Below the pieces are notes generated by a model. The model saw nothing but the letters and a program-made list of their open reading frames with translations. It was not told where the DNA came from and made no database searches. Source: Candidatus Multivoradales bacterium (lineage in GTDB: Bacteria; Acidobacteriota; Thermoanaerobaculia; Multivoradales; J023). From it: 64,000 nucleotides of DNA. This document shows, piece by piece, positions 40,506 through 49,267 of this stretch; positions within the stretch are counted from its first letter, which is position 1; the number at the start of each line of letters is the position of its first letter. The position numbers were made by a program, and so were the translations under genes. The DNA is taken from the NCBI GenBank assembly GCA_965248925.1, contig CBDFLE010000006.1:4768001-4832000 (forward strand), given 5' to 3'.

Positions 40506-42959
40506 GTGGCCAAGAAAGTATTTCTCAGTTACAGCCATCGAGATCACAAGCTACGCGACCAACTGCTGCGCTTTCTGCGGCCGTTGGAACGCGGCCAGCA
40601 AGTGAGTTATTGGGACGACACTCGGATCGAGACCGGTGAGATCTGGGCAGACGAGATCAACGAAGCCCTCGAAGAAGCGGGGGCGGTGGTGCTGTTGATC
40701 ACCCAAGATTTTCTTGATTCCGATTTCATTGCCGAGCGCGAGTTACCGCGCATTCTGGCGCGAGCCGAGCTTGGCGAACTCACCGTGTTGCCGGTATTTG
40801 CCGGTCATTCGATCGTCGACTTGGTGGAGTACGCTTTTGTTCATCCCGACACTGCGGAGCGACGTCAGGTCAACTTGAGCCGGTTTCAGGGTTACGGCTC
40901 GCCGGACAAACCGTTGGATCGTTGGCCGGCGCGCGAGCGTGCCTTCGTCAAGCTAGCGGGGCGGCTGGCGGCGTTGCTCGGCGATGAATCGGCGGCAGCA
41001 CGGCGCAGCGTGCCGCGGCGGCCGAGGTTGGAATCCCGGATTGAGGCCGATGAGGTCGAGAGTCACTATCAGCTCACTGTCCAGTTGGAACGTGACGGTG
41101 ACGAGGTAGTCAGTCACTATCACTTGCCTGGTGGCGAGCCGATCGGCCCCTACCGCCGGCCGATGCCGGCGGCGCTGGCCGATGCTCATCTGGCGCTCGA
41201 TCGTGCCGAGCCCGCCGCCTTGGAGCGGTGGATCGACAAGGCTCCCGACACCTTGGGCCCGGCCCTCTTCGAATTGCTCTTCGGTGGCAAGGGCGACTGG
41301 CAGCCAATTTTGCGAACGGTTTTCGGCGCCGTCGAGGGCGCCGCCGGGCCGCTCTCTATCCTGGCGCCTTTGCGGTTGCGTATCGCCAGCGCCGACGGCG
41401 ACTTTCTCGCCTTACCGTGGTCGCTCACCTGCTGGGAACAGCATCTGCTGATCGACGATGGCTGGACTTTCTGCACCACCGATCTGCTGGAGCCGACCCT
41501 CGATCTGGCGACCCCGACCCCGGCGCCTTTCTTGATCATCACCCCCCCTCCCGCCACCGGCGCAGTGGCGCTCGATGGCCACCTGGCGGCGTTGCGCGAT
41601 ACCTTGGAACAGGTCTGGCCACGGGGTGAAGAGCTGCCTATCCGGCTCGCCCATTCGCCAGCGGAGGTCGAGCGGGCGTTGGGCGAATTCAAGCCACGGA
41701 TCATCTATCTCCTCGGCGAGTTGGTGGTTCATCGGGGCCGCCCAGGTCTCAAGCTGGGAGGCCGCAAGGTACTACGACTGGTCGACTTGGCGAAGCGCCT
41801 CGGGGGGGCTGCTGGCGGCCCCCAGGCGGTTTTTCTCAACACTCACGGCTTCGTCCGCCCGCCCGCCCCGGCGCAGATCTTCGGCCGCGAGCTACCCCTG
41901 CTGGTGTGGCGCCGCCTGGCCGCTTGGAATGGGCATACCTCACATAGTGCCATCGCCTGGTTACGGGCCTGGCTCGGTGCTGGGGCGGATCCGGTAAAAG
42001 CCCTAGCCGACCTTGCCACCAGGGAACTCAACCCAGAACTTACCGGCCTGTTGATCCATGCCAACTACCGTAGTTGGAAGACCCACCTCTATCTGCCGCC
42101 AGCGCGGCTGCGCGTGGCGCATTTGCTGCTCGATCGGCGGATTCCCAAGGCGATCGTCAACCGGGAAATCACCGAGCTGGTGCGCTCGGATAGCCGGCGC
42201 GTGTTGGCCCTGGTGGCCTATGGCGACCCCGGCACCGGGGTCGAGCTGCACTGGGAGCAGCTGCAGCACGATCTTGACCTGGAAGCCAAGAATGTCGAGA
42301 TCGACTTCCACCAGTTATCGATTCCTGAAGAGCGGCCGGCCGCGGCCGATGCGATGCAGCGCAGTTTGGAGGAAGCCCTGGCCCTAGATCTGGATGCTCT
42401 GCCGGGAGAAGGCCCGCGCGATCTGTTGCTCCGCCGCGCGCCCCGCGCGGTGGGCGATGACAAAGCGGTGCTGTGGCTGGTCTGGGGGACCTTTGGTCAT
42501 GGTGACGAGCATCAGCCACCGCTCAAGCCGCAGCAGCTTGAGGCCTGGCTGCGTTTCGTGGCCGAGTACCTGGGCCACTACTGCCCGGCCACTCTGCGGG
42601 TGGTGTGCTTTTTGGCACTGGAGGTCGATAGCCGGGGCAGAAAACGCTTGCAAACAGCTCTCGGCGAGCTGCGCCGCCGGCCTTGGGCGAAGAGCCGCGA
42701 CTTCCGTTTTGGCAACGCTTTGGCTTTGAGCACGGTGCCCGAAGATGAGTTGCAAGATTTTCTCAAAGATTCGCGCAACTCCACCTGCCCCGAACATTTG
42801 GCAGTGGAAGCCGCGCAGCTGATCCACCGAGACAGTGGCGGTCACTTCAAAGCTACCGTAGCGCTGATCGAGGAAGCGGAGAAGGGCTCCTGGCTTGCCC
42901 TGCTCGATCGACTGCGCGGCAGCGAGACCATCGTCGAACTCGACGATGAGGCATTCTGA
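40506..42959 (+). CDS. TIR + inactive CHAT-like + inactive STAND (iSTAND) protein, third component of a MoxR-vWA ternary conflict system
   Basis: TIR 'KVFLSYSHRD...WDDTRIETGEIW...FLDSDFIAERELP'; CHAT-like 'LALPW'; degenerate P-loop 'YGDPGTGVE'; GTG 40506 follows GGGGAG. Confidence 0.75.
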   Translation: MAKKVFLSYSHRDHKLRDQLLRFLRPLERGQQVSYWDDTRIETGEIWADEINEALEEAGAVVLLITQDFLDSDFIAERELPRILARAELGELTVLPVFAGHSIVDLVEYAFVHPDTAERRQVNLSRFQGYGSPDKPLDRWPARERAFVKLAGRLAALLGDESAAARRSVPRRPRLESRIEADEVESHYQLTVQLERDGDEVVSHYHLPGGEPIGPYRRPMPAALADAHLALDRAEPAALERWIDKAPDTLGPALFELLFGGKGDWQPILRTVFGAVEGAAGPLSILAPLRLRIASADGDFLALPWSLTCWEQHLLIDDGWTFCTTDLLEPTLDLATPTPAPFLIITPPPATGAVALDGHLAALRDTLEQVWPRGEELPIRLAHSPAEVERALGEFKPRIIYLLGELVVHRGRPGLKLGGRKVLRLVDLAKRLGGAAGGPQAVFLNTHGFVRPPAPAQIFGRELPLLVWRRLAAWNGHTSHSAIAWLRAWLGAGADPVKALADLATRELNPELTGLLIHANYRSWKTHLYLPPARLRVAHLLLDRRIPKAIVNREITELVRSDSRRVLALVAYGDPGTGVELHWEQLQHDLDLEAKNVEIDFHQLSIPEERPAAADAMQRSLEEALALDLDALPGEGPRDLLLRRAPRAVGDDKAVLWLVWGTFGHGDEHQPPLKPQQLEAWLRFVAEYLGHYCPATLRVVCFLALEVDSRGRKRLQTALGELRRRPWAKSRDFRFGNALALSTVPEDELQDFLKDSRNSTCPEHLAVEAAQLIHRDSGGHFKATVALIEEAEKGSWLALLDRLRGSETIVELDDEAF

Positions 42960-43013
42960 TGCCACTGCGAGCGGCTCCAAGACCAGTGGTAGCCTCTACG
43001 GCGGAAGCAAACT

Positions 43014-43970
<957 letters not shown>

Positions 43971-43982
43971 GGCCCTGGTCCA

Positions 43983-46823
43983 ATGCTCGATGCCGCCGGC
44001 TTCGACCGCCTGTTGAGTGCCCTGCGGGGCGCCGGCTTGCGGATTGGGGTGGCCGAGGTCGAGCGCCTGCACCGGGTCTTCGAGCTGCGGCCAGCCGGCT
44101 TGGCCGAGCCTGGGCGCTTGGCCTCGTTGCTCGCCGCCGTGGTGGCTAAGTCGGTGGCCGAACGGCGCACGGTGGAGCGTCTCACCGCCAGCTTTCTGGA
44201 TCAGCAGTTGGCCAGCCGTGGGGCTACTCCACGGTTTGGCAAGGGGCGTGGCGAGGAGCGCTCAAGGGCCGCTTGGTGGACCGCGAGACGGCATCTGGGG
44301 TGGTCTCTGCTGGTCGTCGCTGCCTTGGCCATTCTGGTTCCTGAAGTGGTCTATCGGTGGGCTGGCCGACCAACGCCGATTCCTGTGACTCGGGCGAGTC
44401 AAGAGCGGCGTCTTTTGAAGCCCGAGCCAGTTGGCCAGCCTTCTCCGATCCGGTCCACGGAAGACGAGGATTGGCGCAACCCGCCCTTTCCGCAAGACCC
44501 ACCAGGCCCCGACCCCTACCGGCCCCAGGCATACTGGGTCGGTGTGGTGTTGGCCACTCTCGGTGGCGCCGCGTCGCTGGCGTTGCTGGCCTACTTCTAC
44601 CGGCGTCGGGGCCTGCCGGCGGTGCCCGAGTTGGTGCTGCGGCGGGGGCCGAGCCAGGTCTATCTCACGGCGGTCGAGTCCACTTGCCACGAGCTTTTGT
44701 CGGCCGATGCCGAGGATGCCCTGGTCTGGGGGGTCGACCGCTACGTCAGCGAGCAACCCACCCGGCGGCTCGACCTCGATGCCACGGTCGAGGCCACCGC
44801 CCGCGATGCCGGCCTGCCGCGGCTGATTTTCGAGCGGGCGAGCTATCCGCGGGAGGTTTGGCTGTGGCTTGACGAGGCCGCCGGCAGGCCGGAGATCGAG
44901 CGCTTGGCGGCTGAGATCGAGAGTTCCCTGCGTGCCCATGGTCTGCCGGTGGAGCGGGCTACCTTCCGCGGCTTACCCGAACGTCTGCTGGCCGACGATG
45001 GCCGGCTCTTTGCCCCCCGCGATGTCGACGACCGCCGTGACACCGCCTGGGTGGCGGTGCTGACTGACGGCCGGGTGCTGATGCGGCGTTGGGCGGCCGA
45101 TGACCAACGTGCCTCAATCGAGGCTCTGCTGCGCACCCTGGCGGGCTGGCCTCGCCTGGCCTGGGTCGACTTTTCGACCTCGGGCGATGCCCTCGCACCG
45201 CTCACCGATCGCCACTCCCTGCGGCACTTGCAGCCCGAGCAGCTCGCCCACTACCTGGGTGGCGCCGCGCGGCCGGCGCAGCCTGCTGCCATGGCCGCCG
45301 CCGAGCGCGCCTGGGCCGCTGCCACCGCCGTGCCGGCCTCGCCAGTGCCGGTGGCGACCGCTCTGGAGCTACGCCGCCACCTCGGCTTGCCGCCCTCGCC
45401 AAGGGCTCTCGCCGAGCTGCGCGCCGCCGCCCCCGGCCCCCCCGGCCGGCTGGCCTTCTCGTCCAAGCGCCGTGCCAGCTTGCTCGGCTGGCTGGGTCGG
45501 TCCGAGCTGCTCGACCGTCAGGACAACGGCCTTCTGCGGCAATCCCTCGACTTCTGGCGCCACCAGTATGACGGCGAAGCTGCCCGCCGCCAGCAGGCCG
45601 CCGGCTTGCAGATCTGGCAAGACACCCCCTCCGAGCTACGCCTGCGGGCTGAGCGCGCCCTGCTCGATCTGTGGCACCGCCCCGCCGTGGCGGTGGAGCA
45701 GCTCCACGACCTCTACCAGGCCCCCACTCGTGCCTTCATCGAGGGTCAGCTGGCGCTCTATGCCCCCCGTGGCGTGGGCCGTGCCAACGGGCAAGTACCC
45801 CTGCCCTGGCACTGGCGTGATCAGCCCGATCTCGACCGAGCCCGCTGGCAGGAGATGGGCCTCGGCGGCCGCCTGCCTGCCGAGCGCTTGCGCCGCCCCG
45901 GGCGCCTGTGGTTGGCTGCAGCGCTGTGCCTGGGTCTGGGTGTGGTGGGTGGTTCGCAGGCCTGGGAGAAGCGCGGCGAGCTGCGCAGCTACCTGGGTGG
46001 TGTAGAGCTGGTTCATGTTCCGGGCGGTAGCTTCCAAATGGGCACGAGTAAGGAAGACGATCGAGGAGATGATGACGAGCGCCCGCCGCATGAGGTCACC
46101 CTTGAGGAGTTCTGGATCATGCCCTACGAGGCTACCTGGGGCGATCTGCGGCGTGCTCTCACAGCAGAACCTCTGTTGGGCGATCACTTGAGGGAATTCA
46201 CGCGGGTGCTAAGTGCAGCCGTGCGCGAGAGGGTTGCCAGCGAAGATCTCTCCGACTTGGCGAACTACTTGGATTGGCCTTATCGAGATCTCGACTGGCG
46301 AGACAAGGATGAGAAACAGCCGATTGCAGGCGTTTCCTGGCCTGAAGCCCTTGCGATCTGCCAAGCATTGGGGATGCGTCTGCCCACTGAGGCAGAGTGG
46401 GAGTTCGCTTGTCGGGCGAACACAGAGACCGCCTGGTCTTTCGGCGACAAGTCTGAAATAGCAGCAGAATTTGCGGTATTCAACCCTGACCCCTTGGACC
46501 TGCTCGATGGGGAGACTGTAGGGAAGTTCTTCGCTGAGCACAGTCCGTCCCGAGTTGGCAGCAAGCGGGCCAACCCCTGGGGCCTGTACGACTTGCACGG
46601 CAACCTTTTGGAGTGGGTGTGGGATTGGTACGGTGATTACAGCGAAGGCGCTCCACCGAATCCGATAGGCCCTGAAGAAGGCGACTTCCGAGTGCTGCGC
46701 GGGGGCTCGTTCATCGACCCGGCCCAGAACCTGCGCTCCGCGTACCGGCTCAGGTACAGGCCCGGGTTCCGGGACAGGTTCATCGGCTTTCGCTGTGTTC
46801 GATCCCCCCGCCGCCAGCGTTGA
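43983..46823 (+). CDS. DGR target 1: membrane-anchored vWA-like domain + C-terminal CLec (FGE/SUMF1-fold) domain
   Basis: vWA-associated 'LDLDATVEATA...VWLWLD...VAVLTDG'; 3 predicted TMs; FGE motifs RLPTEAEWEFACR, NPWGLYDLHGN, RVLRGGS, GFRC; carries VR1. Confidence 0.9.
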   Translation: MLDAAGFDRLLSALRGAGLRIGVAEVERLHRVFELRPAGLAEPGRLASLLAAVVAKSVAERRTVERLTASFLDQQLASRGATPRFGKGRGEERSRAAWWTARRHLGWSLLVVAALAILVPEVVYRWAGRPTPIPVTRASQERRLLKPEPVGQPSPIRSTEDEDWRNPPFPQDPPGPDPYRPQAYWVGVVLATLGGAASLALLAYFYRRRGLPAVPELVLRRGPSQVYLTAVESTCHELLSADAEDALVWGVDRYVSEQPTRRLDLDATVEATARDAGLPRLIFERASYPREVWLWLDEAAGRPEIERLAAEIESSLRAHGLPVERATFRGLPERLLADDGRLFAPRDVDDRRDTAWVAVLTDGRVLMRRWAADDQRASIEALLRTLAGWPRLAWVDFSTSGDALAPLTDRHSLRHLQPEQLAHYLGGAARPAQPAAMAAAERAWAAATAVPASPVPVATALELRRHLGLPPSPRALAELRAAAPGPPGRLAFSSKRRASLLGWLGRSELLDRQDNGLLRQSLDFWRHQYDGEAARRQQAAGLQIWQDTPSELRLRAERALLDLWHRPAVAVEQLHDLYQAPTRAFIEGQLALYAPRGVGRANGQVPLPWHWRDQPDLDRARWQEMGLGGRLPAERLRRPGRLWLAAALCLGLGVVGGSQAWEKRGELRSYLGGVELVHVPGGSFQMGTSKEDDRGDDDERPPHEVTLEEFWIMPYEATWGDLRRALTAEPLLGDHLREFTRVLSAAVRERVASEDLSDLANYLDWPYRDLDWRDKDEKQPIAGVSWPEALAICQALGMRLPTEAEWEFACRANTETAWSFGDKSEIAAEFAVFNPDPLDLLDGETVGKFFAEHSPSRVGSKRANPWGLYDLHGNLLEWVWDWYGDYSEGAPPNPIGPEEGDFRVLRGGSFIDPAQNLRSAYRLRYRPGFRDRFIGFRCVRSPRRQR
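46692..46820 (+). repeat. DGR variable repeat VR1
   Basis: 129 nt, ungapped against the TR; 13 mismatches, all at TR adenines. Confidence 0.97.
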
Positions 46824-46863
46824 TCCTTGTTTTTTGACCCTTGATGCCTTGCTCTCTGCCTTC

Positions 46864-46888
46864 CGCGGCCCTGCGCAGCAGGGTCGCG
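46864..46888 (+). promoter_or_regulatory. Candidate DGR homing hairpin/cruciform downstream of VR1
   Basis: CGCGGCCCTGC-GCA-GCAGGGTCGCG: 11-bp stem with one G.T and a 3-nt loop, 40 nt past the stop. Confidence 0.65.
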
Positions 46889-46959
46889 CGAATTTCGAAA
46901 ACAATCCCAGTTTCCTGACAAAGTAGCGGTTGAGATTCGCACTATGTTAGGAATCGGCC

Positions 46960-47517
46960 ATGCGATTGAGCCTCGATGAAGCCGCCACCCGACTGGGCAA
47001 GACTACCCATCAGCTGCGCTATCTGATCAAGACCGGGCGCCTACAGGCGAGCAAGGTAGCGGGCCGTTGGCAGCTCGAATCCTCTGCGCTGCCGCTCAGT
47101 GAAGGCCAGCAGAAGGCTGTCGCCCGCCGCCAGCGGCAGCTGCGGGCGGCGGTGGAGGAGGGGCTCGGGCTGGCCGGCAGCGAACGCCCGCCGCGCTACT
47201 CGGTGCGCGATCTGAAGGCCTTTCAGATCGCTCTGCCAGTGTACGACAAAGCTCGGAGCGCGCTGGGTGGGGAGCATCCGGCGGTGGTCTCGCTGCGCCA
47301 GGTGCTGGTGCTGCTGTCGCGGGGCTGCCACCGCTACGATCGTGCCGACAAGGCCGAGGCCTACCGCCAGGCTCGCGACGCCGCCAGCCTGGCGGTGTGC
47401 GAGCTGCTGCTGGCCGAAGCGTCGGTCGGTGCCGCGTTGGTACAGCAGATCGAGCAGGAGCTGATGGCCGCTTTCGCCGGCCTGCTGCGGCGCTGTGAGG
47501 CGAAGCGCTCCCGGTGA
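46960..47517 (+). CDS. Excisionase/MerR-like HTH fused to a four-helix-bundle domain (DGR accessory)
   Basis: 'LSLDEAATRLGKTTHQLRYLIKTGRLQASKVAGRW'; C-half 'RDLKAFQIA...DKAEAYRQAR'; GTGA overlap with avd. Confidence 0.65.
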   Translation: MRLSLDEAATRLGKTTHQLRYLIKTGRLQASKVAGRWQLESSALPLSEGQQKAVARRQRQLRAAVEEGLGLAGSERPPRYSVRDLKAFQIALPVYDKARSALGGEHPAVVSLRQVLVLLSRGCHRYDRADKAEAYRQARDAASLAVCELLLAEASVGAALVQQIEQELMAAFAGLLRRCEAKRSR

Positions 47518-47843
47518 GCTGCCGCGCGCCTCTCTACACTGACGCTTTCGAGCTTGCCCGCTGGCTGGCCAAACACTTCGCTGACGATCCGCGGCCGCTC
47601 GCCCGCCGCATCTGCCACACCAGCTTGGACTTGCTCGAAGCAGTGACTCTGGCGCTCGGCCGGCAACAGCGCGAAGAGCGGGTCGAGCAAGCTGACGAAA
47701 GCCTCGCCAAGCTGCGCACCCAGCTGCGCCTGGCGGCCGAGCTGGGTGCTCTGTCTGATCGCCAACTGCTCCACGCCCTGGGCTTGGCCGATACTATCGG
47801 CCGCCAGCTCGGCGGCTGGCTGCGCTCGATGGGGCCAGTGTGA
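47514..47843 (+). CDS. avd: DGR accessory variability determinant
   Basis: 109 aa, helical; 'LRTQLRLAAEL' and 'IGRQLGGW' motifs; directly upstream of the TR. Confidence 0.88.
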   Translation: MSCRAPLYTDAFELARWLAKHFADDPRPLARRICHTSLDLLEAVTLALGRQQREERVEQADESLAKLRTQLRLAAELGALSDRQLLHALGLADTIGRQLGGWLRSMGPV

Positions 47844-47903
47844 AGGCCGCTGTGAAAAGCGTTGTAAGATCCCTGCGCCGCGCCCGAACAACGCTTTCGA
47901 CCC

Positions 47904-48032
47904 GTGCTGCGCGGGGGCTCGTTCATCAACCCGGCCCAGAACCTGCGCTCCGCGAACCGGAACAGGAACAGGCCCGAGAACCGGAACAGGAACATCGGCT
48001 TTCGCTGTGTTCGATCCCCCCGCCGCCAACAT
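47904..48032 (+). repeat. DGR template repeat (TR), non-coding RNA template
   Basis: Between avd and RT; 27 adenines, 8 in-frame AAC codons; differs from both VRs only at A. Confidence 0.97.
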
Positions 48033-48150
48033 GCCGCCGGCAGGGCGCCATGCAGGGCGCGGCCGGGGCCTGGCCCCGAAACACCCGGCCCGCCCGCACC
48101 AGTAGTCCCTGGCGACCGTCCGGGCGGGCCATCTTCTCTGGGGACTAGGA

Positions 48151-49140
48151 ATGCGCTCAGTGGCGGTCGGATCGTTTGCACGGCTGAGCGATGTCGCTGC
48201 GCTGTGGAAGGCTTGGCGCCGTTGCCGTCGAGGCAAGCGGCGCCAGCCGCGAGTGGCGGCTTTTGACCTCGATGTGGACCGTCACATCTTCAGCCTTCAC
48301 CGGCAGTTGCGCCGCGGTGGCTGGTGGCCGCGGCCTTTCCGCTTGCAGGTAGTGCAAGATCCAAAGACCCGACTGGTGGCGGCACCGGCGCTTCAAGATC
48401 GCATCGTCCAAGATTCTCTGCTAGCCGAGATCGGGCCGACCTACGAGCGTTCCTTCGTCGACCAGAGCTTCGCTTGCCGCACCGGCCGCGGGCCGCAGCG
48501 GGCGGCGCTGGCTTACTTGAAAGCAATGCGCACCCACCGTTTTCGGATGATCCTCGATGTGCGGCGATACTTCGCTTCGATTGACCATGCGATCTTGCTG
48601 CGACTGTTGGCCCGTCGGCTGCGCGATGCTGACACAGTGGAGCTGCTGCGACGGATGCTCGAAGCCGGGGGGCGGGTCTACCACACCGCCCTGGCCAAGC
48701 GAGTGCTGGGGTTGGAAGGAGAGCCATTGCCGCTGGGGTGTGGGCTGCCGCTGGGCTCACACCTGAGCCATTGGTCGGGTGGCCTCTACCTCGACGGACT
48801 CGATCACCATGTGTTGCGCCAGCTACGGCCGGGGGCCTACCTGCGCTACATGGACGACATGGCGCTATTCGCCAACTCGCGCGGTGAGCTCGAAGACCTG
48901 CGCGTGGCGATCAGCGACTGGCTGTGGCAGCAGCGCGGCTTGCGGCTGAAACGCTCCGGCGACAGCGTGCGGCCGACCAGCGAGGCCGCCACCTACCTGG
49001 GCTGGCGGCTCAGCCGTGCCGGCGTGCTGCCAGGACCCAAGGCCAAGCGGCGGCTGCGCGAGAGGTTGCGAACCGCTCAGGACCCGAGGCGGTTAGCGCG
49101 GCAGCTGCGGTCCTACCGTGGGCTTTTGTTGACAATTTAA
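48151..49140 (+). CDS. DGR reverse transcriptase
   Basis: 'DPKTRLVAAPALQDRIVQ', 'SFACRTGRG', 'LDVRRYFASIDH', 'GLPLGSHLSH', catalytic YMDD, 'YLGW'; no maturase/endonuclease tail. Confidence 0.95.
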   Translation: MRSVAVGSFARLSDVAALWKAWRRCRRGKRRQPRVAAFDLDVDRHIFSLHRQLRRGGWWPRPFRLQVVQDPKTRLVAAPALQDRIVQDSLLAEIGPTYERSFVDQSFACRTGRGPQRAALAYLKAMRTHRFRMILDVRRYFASIDHAILLRLLARRLRDADTVELLRRMLEAGGRVYHTALAKRVLGLEGEPLPLGCGLPLGSHLSHWSGGLYLDGLDHHVLRQLRPGAYLRYMDDMALFANSRGELEDLRVAISDWLWQQRGLRLKRSGDSVRPTSEAATYLGWRLSRAGVLPGPKAKRRLRERLRTAQDPRRLARQLRSYRGLLLTI

Positions 49141-49267
49141 GAAGATTTACCAGCTTGTCAGCAAAATTTTCAAAAAAGTTTCCAAACAGATGGGGAATTT
49201 CTTCAATCTTGCCGGCAAATTGTCACCTGTTCTGTCAGCTACTAGACAAAGTTCAAAGGGACAAGGA

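Noticed and set aside
45990-46823. FGE-fold domains acting as formylglycine-generating enzymes for the nearby sulfatases
   Set aside because: The catalytic Cys pair after RGGS is absent (that region is the VR), and the sulfatases lack CxPxR
47904-48266. 120-aa ORF beginning MLRGGSFINP
   Set aside because: It is the translated TR plus spacer, overlaps the RT gene out of frame, and is best explained as non-coding template
48151-49140. Group II intron, retron or CRISPR-associated RT
   Set aside because: There is no maturase/endonuclease extension or cas gene, and avd, TR and A-specific VRs identify it as a DGR RT
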